Positions 8,027 to 14,418 of a DNA stretch of 24,000 nucleotides are shown piece after piece. The notes under the pieces were generated by a model. That model was not told the DNA's origin and did no database searches. It saw nothing but the letters and a program-made list of their open reading frames with translations. Numbering within the stretch: position 1 is the first letter of the stretch; every line of letters starts with the position of its first letter. Source of the stretch: Thermoplasmata archaeon (GTDB lineage: Archaea > Thermoplasmatota > Thermoplasmata > GCA-020350865); NCBI GenBank assembly GCA_020348445.1, contig CP070751.1, positions 2,551,447-2,575,446 on the forward strand, in the 5' to 3' direction. Position numbers and translations under genes: made by a program.

Positions 8027-9028
8027 ATGGAAAATAAAACACAGATGGGATTGTTATTGATTATAATAGGCATGTTGCTCGCCATCTTTTCAACTCTGGG
8101 AAGCATCGCAGCATCCAGTTTGGGAGGTTCAGGCCTTTCACCGGGGGCGCTAATACCAGGAATCCTGGGTTTCTTTGCTTTCATTCTCATGCTGGCAGGA
8201 TGGATCCTCATGATCACTGGTAGGAGGGAGTTCGGTGATAAACACTCCCAATTTGTTGTTTACTCAATAATTGCCCTTATAATTGGTTTTTTTATAGTGA
8301 TAGTTGGATCGATGATATCTGCATTTGCTGGAATCTCAAGCGGTGTGGAGAACGGAGAGGCAGAAGTCACATTTGATTACATTGCCATGGCCAAAGCCAT
8401 GAAGACAGGGATGATCATTTCATTTGTAGGTAGTTTATTGATTACCATTGGGTCAATTTTACTTGTATACAATCTCGAGAATGACATTGGTAAGAAAGTC
8501 CTCTATATCGCTTTCATCGTTTCAATTGTAGTCTCGATAGCGGTGATTATTTATACCCTACCATTATTAGATGACCTAGCCGAAAAACTGGAAGGTACGC
8601 CAGAAGATGATCGAGAGGACGAATTCTACGAAGGTATTGGTGACATCAGTTTGATAGAGGGCCTAGGTGTTATAGGCTCAGTAATTCTTTTAATTGGATA
8701 TTTCATCCCTTATAATCGTATAAAGAAAGGGGAGTTAGAACCTGTCCCACCGCCCACCGACACCCAAGGAATGCCTCCATATCCATCGTACCCATACCAA
8801 CCATATCCGCCTTATCAACCATCCCCAGGACAGCCCCCTGGTGCCCCCGTGGAAGGTGAGCCAAAACCCGATGGAGAGGTTACACAGCCTGAGCCCACCC
8901 CTGATGGTGCAGTACAACCAAAAGCCGTTACGCCGGAGCCGATAGAGACAAAGTATTGCAGATTTTGTGGAACTCAGATTCCAATGGAAAGCACTGTATG
9001 TCCTGTTTGTAATAAAACTCTGACATAA
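8027..9028 (+). CDS. Multi-pass membrane protein with a Pro/Tyr-rich linker and C-terminal zinc ribbon
   Basis: About 6 hydrophobic helices, then PPPTDTQGMPPYPSYPYQPYPPYQPSPGQPPGAP..., then CRFCGTQIPMESTVCPVC (CxxC-x12-CxxC). GAGGGA Shine-Dalgarno-like element at 8016-8021, 6 nt before the ATG. Confidence 0.6.
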   Translation: MENKTQMGLLLIIIGMLLAIFSTLGSIAASSLGGSGLSPGALIPGILGFFAFILMLAGWILMITGRREFGDKHSQFVVYSIIALIIGFFIVIVGSMISAFAGISSGVENGEAEVTFDYIAMAKAMKTGMIISFVGSLLITIGSILLVYNLENDIGKKVLYIAFIVSIVVSIAVIIYTLPLLDDLAEKLEGTPEDDREDEFYEGIGDISLIEGLGVIGSVILLIGYFIPYNRIKKGELEPVPPPTDTQGMPPYPSYPYQPYPPYQPSPGQPPGAPVEGEPKPDGEVTQPEPTPDGAVQPKAVTPEPIETKYCRFCGTQIPMESTVCPVCNKTLT

Positions 9029-9062
9029 AGCATTACCGAATGCAAACATAAAATAACATAGG

Positions 9063-9195
9063 GCGGGGGAAGGGTGTGTCCGAGATTAAGATTAAAGTTG
9101 AATAATAACATAACTCGGACACACAGCCATTTTGTGGTGTCTGAGCTTAAGACAAAATTGATGTATTAGTATAACTTGAACACAAGTCCCCCGCA
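9063..9195 (-). pseudogene. tRNA-Leu-derived relic / tRNA-like element sharing both acceptor strands with the adjacent tRNA-Leu
   Basis: 9063-9074 gcgggggaaggg is identical to 9225-9236 (acceptor 3' strand plus T-stem 3' strand). 9188-9195 cccccgca is identical to 9343-9350 (acceptor 5' strand). The interior is three hairpins, including a perfect 11-bp inverted repeat at 9074-9084/9114-9124. There is no T-loop or anticodon-loop consensus. Confidence 0.4.
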
Positions 9196-9223
9196 TCGCA
9201 TTCAATTTAAAAATAATTTAAGG

Positions 9224-9349
9224 TGCGGGGGAAGGGATTCGAACCCTTGAACCACTTCTGGACAGGATGTCCAAACAAGGCGCGTAAATTGAACCCTTAC
9301 ACCTAGGATCTTAAGTCCTGCGCCGTTGGCCATGCTTGGCTACCCCCGC
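9224..9349 (-). tRNA. tRNA-Leu (anticodon UAA) with a 41-nt intron at position 37/38
   Basis: Reverse complement: GCGGGGG TA GCCAAGCATGGCCAACGGC G CAGGA CTTAAG[intron ATCCTAGG...TTTGGAC]A TCCTG, long variable arm, AAGGG TTCGAAT CCCTT CCCCCGC A. Perfect 7-bp acceptor, class II D-arm, discriminator A73. Mature length 85 nt. CCA is not encoded. Confidence 0.8.
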
Positions 9350-9367
9350 ATTTAAGCGGATTCCACC

Positions 9368-9478
9368 TGAGGGGGTAGCCAAGTTCACTTCCCAAGGAAA
9401 CCAAAGCATTTATCATCGAATTGTGGTTTCCTGGGCACAGAGGGGTCTGAAGGACAACTCTAGTGGGCTACCCCTGCA
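9368..9478. repeat. Inverted pair of tRNA-Leu 5'-end copies forming a long composite hairpin
   Basis: 9368-9384 (+) tgagggggtagccaagt matches the tRNA-Leu 5' end tgcgggggtagccaagc at 15/17. 9462-9478 read on the minus strand, tgcaggggtagcccact, matches at 13/17. Because they face each other, 9372-9380 pairs with 9466-9474 (9 bp). This encloses a 12-bp bulged hairpin (9391-9403 / 9424-9435). Confidence 0.5.
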
Positions 9479-9696
9479 TTATGGCAGCACAACCAAAAGG
9501 TATAAGCATAGAGGTTTTTTGTTTTTTCTATTCGAGAGGGATTTTCAGGGATGTTTAAATGCCAGATTTGACCATGTGAACCTGGAAAAAACCCAAAAAA
9601 ACCAAAAATTAATGTATATGTTCGGGTATAATAAGATGTTTAAGATATCAATCTGGAGGTATTTACGTAAGCGATATAACCCAAGCTCTCTCAAAT

Positions 9697-10446
9697 GTGG
9701 CGTATCAAACCTATGAAAAGAGGCTACTTAAGGAGGTCCAAGAGGGACCTATCCCAAAACACATAGCCATTATAATGGACGGCAACAGGAGGTTTGCCAG
9801 GGAATTGGGTATTGAACCAACAGATGGGCATCTTAAGGGTAAGGATAAACTGGAGGAGGTAACTGATTGGTGCCTGGAAGTAGGGGTTAAGATCCTCACT
9901 GTATTTGCATTCTCCACAGAGAATCTGAAGAGAAAGACCCAGGAAATAGACAAGCTAATGGCGCTATTTACAGAAAATTTTCGAAGGGCCGGTGATGATG
10001 AAAGGGCTCATAAACATGGAATAAGAGTGAGAGCCTTGGGACAGAGGAACCTATTACCAAAAGAGGTCCAGGATGCCATAGCCTATGCCGAGGAAAAAAC
10101 AAAGGATTACGATAATTACTTCTTCAATATCGCCGTGGCCTACGGTAGCAGGGAGGAGATATTAAGGGCCATCAAAAACATTGCAGATGATGTAAAGAAC
10201 GGAAACCTGAATTCCGATGATATTGATGAGAAGGTATTTTCTTCTTATCTTTATACAGCTGATCTACCAGACCCTGATCTTGTGCTTCGGACATCTGGTG
10301 AGGAGAGGGTATCAAACTTCCTTTTATGGCAGTTGGCATACTCAGAACTGTATTTTGCTGACATATACTGGCCTGGATTTAGAAAAGTAGAGTTTCTTAG
10401 GGCGATTAGATCTTACCAGAAGAGACAGAGAAGATTTGGTACGTAA
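9697..10446 (+). CDS. uppS: cis-prenyltransferase (undecaprenyl-diphosphate synthase family)
   Basis: HIAIIMDGNRRFA, FAFSTENLKR and RTSGEERVSNFLLWQLAYSELYF motifs. The start is GTG at 9697, with no in-frame ATG upstream. Confidence 0.9.
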   Translation: MAYQTYEKRLLKEVQEGPIPKHIAIIMDGNRRFARELGIEPTDGHLKGKDKLEEVTDWCLEVGVKILTVFAFSTENLKRKTQEIDKLMALFTENFRRAGDDERAHKHGIRVRALGQRNLLPKEVQDAIAYAEEKTKDYDNYFFNIAVAYGSREEILRAIKNIADDVKNGNLNSDDIDEKVFSSYLYTADLPDPDLVLRTSGEERVSNFLLWQLAYSELYFADIYWPGFRKVEFLRAIRSYQKRQRRFGT

Positions 10447-10475
10447 ATTGTCCATCAATTTTCATCCCATGACAG

Positions 10476-10484
10476 TTTTTTTTT
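10476..10484 (+). terminator. Oligo-T terminator candidate after uppS, in a convergent gap
   Basis: T9 run 30 nt after the uppS stop. On the other strand it reads as A9. Confidence 0.35.
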
Positions 10485-10521
10485 ATCTTTGTCAATCGCA
10501 ATATCCCAAAATATGGAGTTT

Positions 10522-12606
10522 CTAACTCACGATCTGGAAAAGATTCCTTTTCAAAAAATTTCCAAGATCTTTTTGACAATACCCGCATTCTGTAATTCCC
10601 TCCTCTATTGAATTGTGTAAACAATGTACGTGATAAGGCTTTTTGCATTGAATGCAGGGCATCTCGCAAAGGTCCTTGGTTTCCACAACAGGTTGCGTTA
10701 AAAGAGGAAGGCCACATACTGGACATTCTTTTTGACCGCATATTAAACATTTGAACAAGGATGTATTCCATAAAGATAAAGAAAGCCTATTTATTGCATC
10801 AACTAAAAACATACTGGGGGCCCAAGATTTCAATATATCAGTAAAAAAGGCTTTTACAGATTCCTTAAGTTCTAGATCACCAATATCGACTAAAATCTCG
10901 GGGGGAACAAGTGGGTAGGCCTGTGGGACCTTGATATTTAACTGGATCCGTTTAATTTTGGGTGCTGCTTCCCCTAAAATATCTCCCGTAGACGAGGGAA
11001 CTGGTATTGTAACCTTATATCCACCATCCACTACCTCAAAATCTTCAGTAACCAATCTCAGTAGTAATTCTTCGAACTCTCTTCTATATATATTATTTAT
11101 GACCTGGGAGAGGTTCCGAAGAACATCCATTATCCTCTTTTGCGGTTTCTTGGGCCATTTTTTGATTCCCTCCAGTTCCTCTATATCCAAGCCTTTCAGT
11201 TCTTTAGGTAAAGTTACCACAGGGGGAGAGGGGTATCCTCTTAAATCCATATCGATATCGATAAATTTCGGTCCATATGTTGATATCCTTATAAGGAACC
11301 TGTTCTTGCTCAATCTTTCGGCTCGATACTCCCTTTTGATGACCTCGAATTCACTTTCTATCATGGAATCCTCCACCAGCCTAACCTCTATACCCTGTAG
11401 AATATCCACGAGATTAGGTGTAAACACATCCTCCCAGTGCTTCAATTTCTTGAAGATTTCTTCAATACCGCGGATCCTGATCAACAGATCATCAGTGAAG
11501 GTTATGGATGGTTTTTTCGGGAACTCCTTATAATTTATGGTAACGGGATAGATGTTGTAAATCCCAGCATCCAGACATGAAAGGTAGACTACTACATGAT
11601 ACATTTTATCTCCGACCAACTCCAAAGAGAAATTGTTGGAAAGGTCCAGATACTGCGAAATCGCCTCCTCGTTCTCGAAGGAATCTTCAGTGGCTTCTGC
11701 ATCTGGTATCTCAAAATCGTAAGATGGCTCAATTTCAAAAAATGTTTCAGGAAGAACCTCCTTTACCTCAAACACCTCTTCTGAATCGATATCTGAGGAT
11801 TGTGGAGTTACCTCGATAAATTCCCCCTCAGGTAGAACCTCGACAACCTCTTCATTTTTCTCTTCACTTGACTTTTTACCATTTTCAATTTCCTTTACCT
11901 CGGATTGCTTATCCTCCCTCTCAGGATCTTCTTCCTTTATTTCTTCAGATGGTTTTATCCTGGATTGTATATTATAAAGCACATCCACAAGTCTTGGAGG
12001 GGACTTGGGATCCCAGTTGTTCAGATTTTCAAGCAATTCATCTAAACCGTCGATATTCACAAGGAGCTCATCAGTAAAGGAGAAGGTTGGCTTTTTTGGG
12101 TAATATTCAAAATCTATATTGACAAAGTACTGCTCACCGTCTGGCGAGTTTAAAAACACCGAGATGTCCCTGATGCTGCCGTCGATTAAAGCCAAAGAGA
12201 ATTCATCACTTAATTCAAGATACTGGTTGTAGATCTCTTCAGGTATCAGGCTGACCTCTACAGCGGTCTCTTTACCAGGCTCGAGATCTAAAGGAACGGG
12301 AATGTAGCAATGGGGGCATATTCTCTCTGCACCGTCGACACCAGATATGGCATTAAAATACTGCTCGATGCAACCCTTATGGAAGGCCACACCGCATATA
12401 TGTTCGTAATCGGCACCACCCCGCCTGCAGATAGCACATTCTTTTGTTTTTTGCACAACAGTTCTTAGTTTGTGCTGGAATCCGGATTCCACGTCCTTTT
12501 CTGATGATCGAGAAAATTTATTTTTTGGTACCCATATGGGAATCATAGGTATAAGAAATGACAAAGCGCAAATTTTTTTAGATAACAAGGATGGGAAACC
12601 TATCAT
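10522..12606 (-). CDS. Putative ubiquitin E3 / scaffold: RING-like finger, four tandem RWD/UEV-like (inactive E2-fold) modules, second RING-like finger
   Basis: The N-terminal finger has 8 ligands: C57-x2-C60-x8-H69-x-C71-x4-H76-x2-C79-x17-C97-x2-C100, with the RING-H2-like core CGVAFHKGCIEQY. Four repeats each carry the UBC/RWD hallmark YPxxP(P): EYYPKKPTFSF, KEFPKKPSITF, RGYPSPPVVTL, QAYPLVPPEIL. None has an HPN motif or a Cys at the catalytic position. The C-terminal finger is C628-x2-C631-x19-C651-x2-C654-x4-H659-x2-C662-x11-C674-x2-C677, with additional Cys at 620, 623 and 647. Lies on the same strand, 114 nt downstream of the Ubl-E1-E2-JAMM genes. Confidence 0.7.
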   Translation of the reverse strand: MIGFPSLLSKKICALSFLIPMIPIWVPKNKFSRSSEKDVESGFQHKLRTVVQKTKECAICRRGGADYEHICGVAFHKGCIEQYFNAISGVDGAERICPHCYIPVPLDLEPGKETAVEVSLIPEEIYNQYLELSDEFSLALIDGSIRDISVFLNSPDGEQYFVNIDFEYYPKKPTFSFTDELLVNIDGLDELLENLNNWDPKSPPRLVDVLYNIQSRIKPSEEIKEEDPEREDKQSEVKEIENGKKSSEEKNEEVVEVLPEGEFIEVTPQSSDIDSEEVFEVKEVLPETFFEIEPSYDFEIPDAEATEDSFENEEAISQYLDLSNNFSLELVGDKMYHVVVYLSCLDAGIYNIYPVTINYKEFPKKPSITFTDDLLIRIRGIEEIFKKLKHWEDVFTPNLVDILQGIEVRLVEDSMIESEFEVIKREYRAERLSKNRFLIRISTYGPKFIDIDMDLRGYPSPPVVTLPKELKGLDIEELEGIKKWPKKPQKRIMDVLRNLSQVINNIYRREFEELLLRLVTEDFEVVDGGYKVTIPVPSSTGDILGEAAPKIKRIQLNIKVPQAYPLVPPEILVDIGDLELKESVKAFFTDILKSWAPSMFLVDAINRLSLSLWNTSLFKCLICGQKECPVCGLPLLTQPVVETKDLCEMPCIQCKKPYHVHCLHNSIEEGITECGYCQKDLGNFLKRNLFQIVS
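10576..10749 (-). other. C-terminal RING-like zinc finger with an extra Cys pair (aa 620-677)
   Basis: CLICGQKECPVCGLPLLTQPVVETKDLCEMPCIQCKKPYHVHCLHNSIEEGITECGYC. It has the same pair2-x4-pair3 spacing (C-x2-C-x4-H-x2-C) as the N-terminal finger. Confidence 0.5.
10771..12246 (-). other. Array of four RWD/UEV-like E2-fold modules (aa 121-215, 311-410, 413-507, 508-612), with an acidic linker at aa 216-310
   Basis: Modules 1 and 2 align at roughly 40% identity by eye (EEIYNQYLELSDEFSLALIDG...YYPKKPTFSFTDELLVNIDGLDELLENLNNWDP..LVDVL versus EEAISQYLDLSNNFSLELVGD...EFPKKPSITFTDDLLIRIRGIEEIFKKLKHWED..LVDIL). Modules 3 and 4 keep the helix-strands-YPxxPP-helix layout. Confidence 0.5.
12307..12438 (-). 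other. N-terminal RING-like cross-brace zinc finger (aa 57-100 of the 694-aa protein)
   Basis: CAICRRGGADYEHICGVAFHKGCIEQYFNAISGVDGAERICPHC: four ligand pairs (C,C / H,C / H,C / C,C) with spacings compatible with RING/PHD. Confidence 0.55.
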
Positions 12607-12710
12607 GAAAGTGCCTCTTCTTTAATCAAAATAACCGCATAAGCGCAATAAAAAGTTTTCCATTGGATTTTACTGCTGTGTTTTAAATATCAGATATAAA
12701 TTCTTATCTC

Positions 12711-12720
12711 AAATAAAAAA
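12711..12720 (-). terminator. T-rich tract immediately after the JAMM stop (possible attenuating terminator before the RING gene)
   Basis: The minus strand reads TGA TTTTTTATTT. It is followed by AT-rich TATA-like elements: TTTATAT at 12694-12700, TTTAAAA at 12681-12687 and TTTTTATT at 12647-12654. Confidence 0.3.
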
Positions 12721-13926
12721 TCAAAGTTCTATCCCGCAGTTTGCGCAGCTTGAATCACCTGGCATTATGGAATCATATCCACAGAATTCGCATTTAGCGG
12801 CTTTCTTGCGCTTTTCCTTCTTATGATCCTTTTTTAGCTTATCAATTGCCTTGTCCGTGGATTTTTGGTGCGACTCCAGTTTAATGCCCACAGATTGCAT
12901 ATCTTTTTGTATCTTCTGGACGAACTTACCCATTTCATCGATGGTCTTCTCCAGATTCTCCACCTTTTCAGTTAAAACGTGTTTCGGCCTCGCGTATTCC
13001 TCCTTGTACTCAAGAACCAATGGATAGCCCTCAGCAAGAAGCATTGTAGCTTCCACCATACAATCCAATACATCCTGTATGATATGCTCTACCTCAACAT
13101 TCTCTATCTCGACAAACTCCGATTTCTCCCCCAACTCAGGTGATTTTAACCTGAAAATCTTCAGATATTCATTGAGTTGAATTCCTTCTTTGAATTTAGA
13201 TGGATCAAAGACTATTGCCACGGCTTTGGGATTCAAGGATTGGTAGCCAGAGTGATTGACCCTGTCCACAGGGGATAAAAACAGCCCATGGCCTGGGTGC
13301 GTGTGATACCATCCAACAATCCAGTTTTCATCTGTCAGGTCTTGGTTTATCTCGTCGGCTTTGGCATAGTGCTCATTTTGGAATTCTACCTCAACCAAAC
13401 TACCGTGAACAATGGGAATTGCATCCATTATCTGTACTTTGGAATCGTCCACATTCCCAACGAGAAATCCCATGCATTCCACCCAATCCTTTCGTGGTGC
13501 CTTGGGATTGGAAAACCTCATTCCATGCCTAAGCACTTTGTTCAAGGCCCTATAACTGATTAAAACCTTTTCCTTTTCTTTTGGGGGGATCTCCTCCTTT
13601 TCCTCTAATGCCCCTTTCATAGCAACTTCTTGTATATCAGTTTCAGCCAGTTCATCAAGCTCTGATAGATAATCGTCTATTTCTTTCTCTTTCTTTTCCT
13701 CCATTTCCTTGGGCCTTTGCTCGATTTTCTCTTCTTTCTTTTCCTCGATTTCTTTGGGCTCTTTTTCTATCTCTTCCTCAATTTCCCTGGGTTCTTTTTC
13801 TATTTCTTCCCTCAATTGGGAGGACTCCTTTTTGAGCTTCCTTTTAGATTTCTTTCTTTTGACCTTAATCCTCTTTTTCTTAGGCATAATTCTGTGTCCA
13901 CTCCTTGGCCTTATTATCGAATTCAT
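12721..13926 (-). CDS. JAMM/MPN+ metalloisopeptidase (Rpn11/CSN5-like deubiquitinase) with a polybasic/EK-repeat N-terminus, coiled-coil region and C-terminal zinc ribbon
   Basis: Complete JAMM motif: E150 (WVECMGFLVG) and H208-T-H210-P-G-H-G-L-F-L-S218-P-V-D221 (codons 13264-13305). C-terminal ribbon CEFCG-x12-CANCG (12739-12792). An alternative start at M14 (ATG 13887) would overlap the E2 stop by 8 nt; the listed start overlaps E2 by 47 nt. Confidence 0.85.
   Translation of the reverse strand: MNSIIRPRSGHRIMPKKKRIKVKRKKSKRKLKKESSQLREEIEKEPREIEEEIEKEPKEIEEKKEEKIEQRPKEMEEKKEKEIDDYLSELDELAETDIQEVAMKGALEEKEEIPPKEKEKVLISYRALNKVLRHGMRFSNPKAPRKDWVECMGFLVGNVDDSKVQIMDAIPIVHGSLVEVEFQNEHYAKADEINQDLTDENWIVGWYHTHPGHGLFLSPVDRVNHSGYQSLNPKAVAIVFDPSKFKEGIQLNEYLKIFRLKSPELGEKSEFVEIENVEVEHIIQDVLDCMVEATMLLAEGYPLVLEYKEEYARPKHVLTEKVENLEKTIDEMGKFVQKIQKDMQSVGIKLESHQKSTDKAIDKLKKDHKKEKRKKAAKCEFCGYDSIMPGDSSCANCGIEL
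13699..13808 (-). repeat. Imperfect 33-nt tandem repeat encoding EEIEKEP(R/K)EIE units in the JAMM N-terminal region
   Basis: 13743-13775 versus 13776-13808 are 28/33 identical. A third, more degenerate unit lies at about 13699-13734. The protein reads EIEKEPREIEE-EIEKEPKEIEE-KKEEKIEQRPKEMEE. Confidence 0.6.
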
Positions 13927-14416
13927 CTTTATTGTATTTATACTGGGCTCCAGCCTCTCTGTTTAGGGGATCGTCCGGATTGAAGAAAGGAGGATAGCAA
14001 TGTATCATGAGTTTCAGACATTCAATGAGCATGGACAAATCTTTTGTGGGTGTCCATCCCATGGTTTTACTCTCGGGATCCACCTTCCCTATCCTGTCCG
14101 GGTTAATGATATCAAAACATACATTGTCCTTCCAAAAGCTCTGTGTCGGAGGGGCTCTGTTGATGTCTATATTGGGATGCCATATTCTGGTATGGCAGAA
14201 CACGCCTGGTGGATAGAACGGGTAATTGTTGAAGGTCTTGATCTCGAAAACGAACCTTCCGTCTTCATAGGGTGTTTCCTCTGCGCCATAAATCGTAACC
14301 TTCAAATGACCAACGAAAGACGCCCCAGGCCAAAGCTCTATTATAACGTATCTATCATTCTGAAAGCGTTGCAAGGCTTCAAAATAATCCCTCTCTATGC
14401 GCTCGAAATCCGCCAA
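13880..14416 (-). CDS. Ubiquitin-conjugating enzyme E2 (UBC fold, catalytically competent)
   Basis: YPFYPPGVFCHTRIWHPNI (YPxxPP plus the HPN triad at aa 80-82). Catalytic Cys100 in NVCFDII (codon 14117-14119). WTPTKDLSMLIECLKLMI and NPDDPL helix motifs are present. The start codon is TTG at 14416, 2 nt after the E1 stop, with GGAGGG 7-8 nt upstream inside the E1 3' end. Confidence 0.85.
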   Translation of the reverse strand: MADFERIERDYFEALQRFQNDRYVIIELWPGASFVGHLKVTIYGAEETPYEDGRFVFEIKTFNNYPFYPPGVFCHTRIWHPNIDINRAPPTQSFWKDNVCFDIINPDRIGKVDPESKTMGWTPTKDLSMLIECLKLMIHCYPPFFNPDDPLNREAGAQYKYNKDEFDNKAKEWTQNYA

Positions 14417-14418
14417 TA

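Noticed and set aside
8738-8830. PPxY (WW-domain/NEDD4-type) motifs in the Pro/Tyr-rich tract of the 8027 protein
   Set aside because: Residue-by-residue reading (MPPYPSYPYQPYPPYQPSP) gives PPYP, YPPY and PxY patterns but no strict P-P-x-Y. The tract is therefore treated only as a low-complexity linker.
8735-9049. 104-aa minus-strand ORF rich in W/R/G
   Set aside because: This is the antisense reading of the Pro-rich tail (CCN codons give GGN/TGG) of the 8027 membrane protein. The same artefact produces ORF 21511-21744 opposite the poly-Pro tail.
9368-9478. Box H/ACA or box C/D sRNA interpretation of the composite hairpin
   Set aside because: On the minus strand the apical loop contains CGATGA (K-loop-like). 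However, no ACA box follows the lower stem on either strand, and there is no proper C (RUGAUGA) / D (CUGA) box pair. The arms are better explained as tRNA-Leu 5'-end copies.
9336-9716. 126-aa plus-strand ORF (MATPAFKRIPPEGVAKF...)
   Set aside because: It starts with TTG inside the tRNA-Leu gene. It runs through the tRNA-fragment hairpins and AT-rich intergenic DNA. It has no RBS or domain signal and is explained by the RNA and repeat features.
10522-12606. Possibility that the double-finger protein is an RBR (RING-between-RING) E3
   Set aside because: The two fingers are about 520 aa apart. They are separated by RWD-like modules rather than an IBR domain. The C-terminal finger has RING-like ligand spacing rather than the linear RING2/Rcat pattern with a catalytic Cys.
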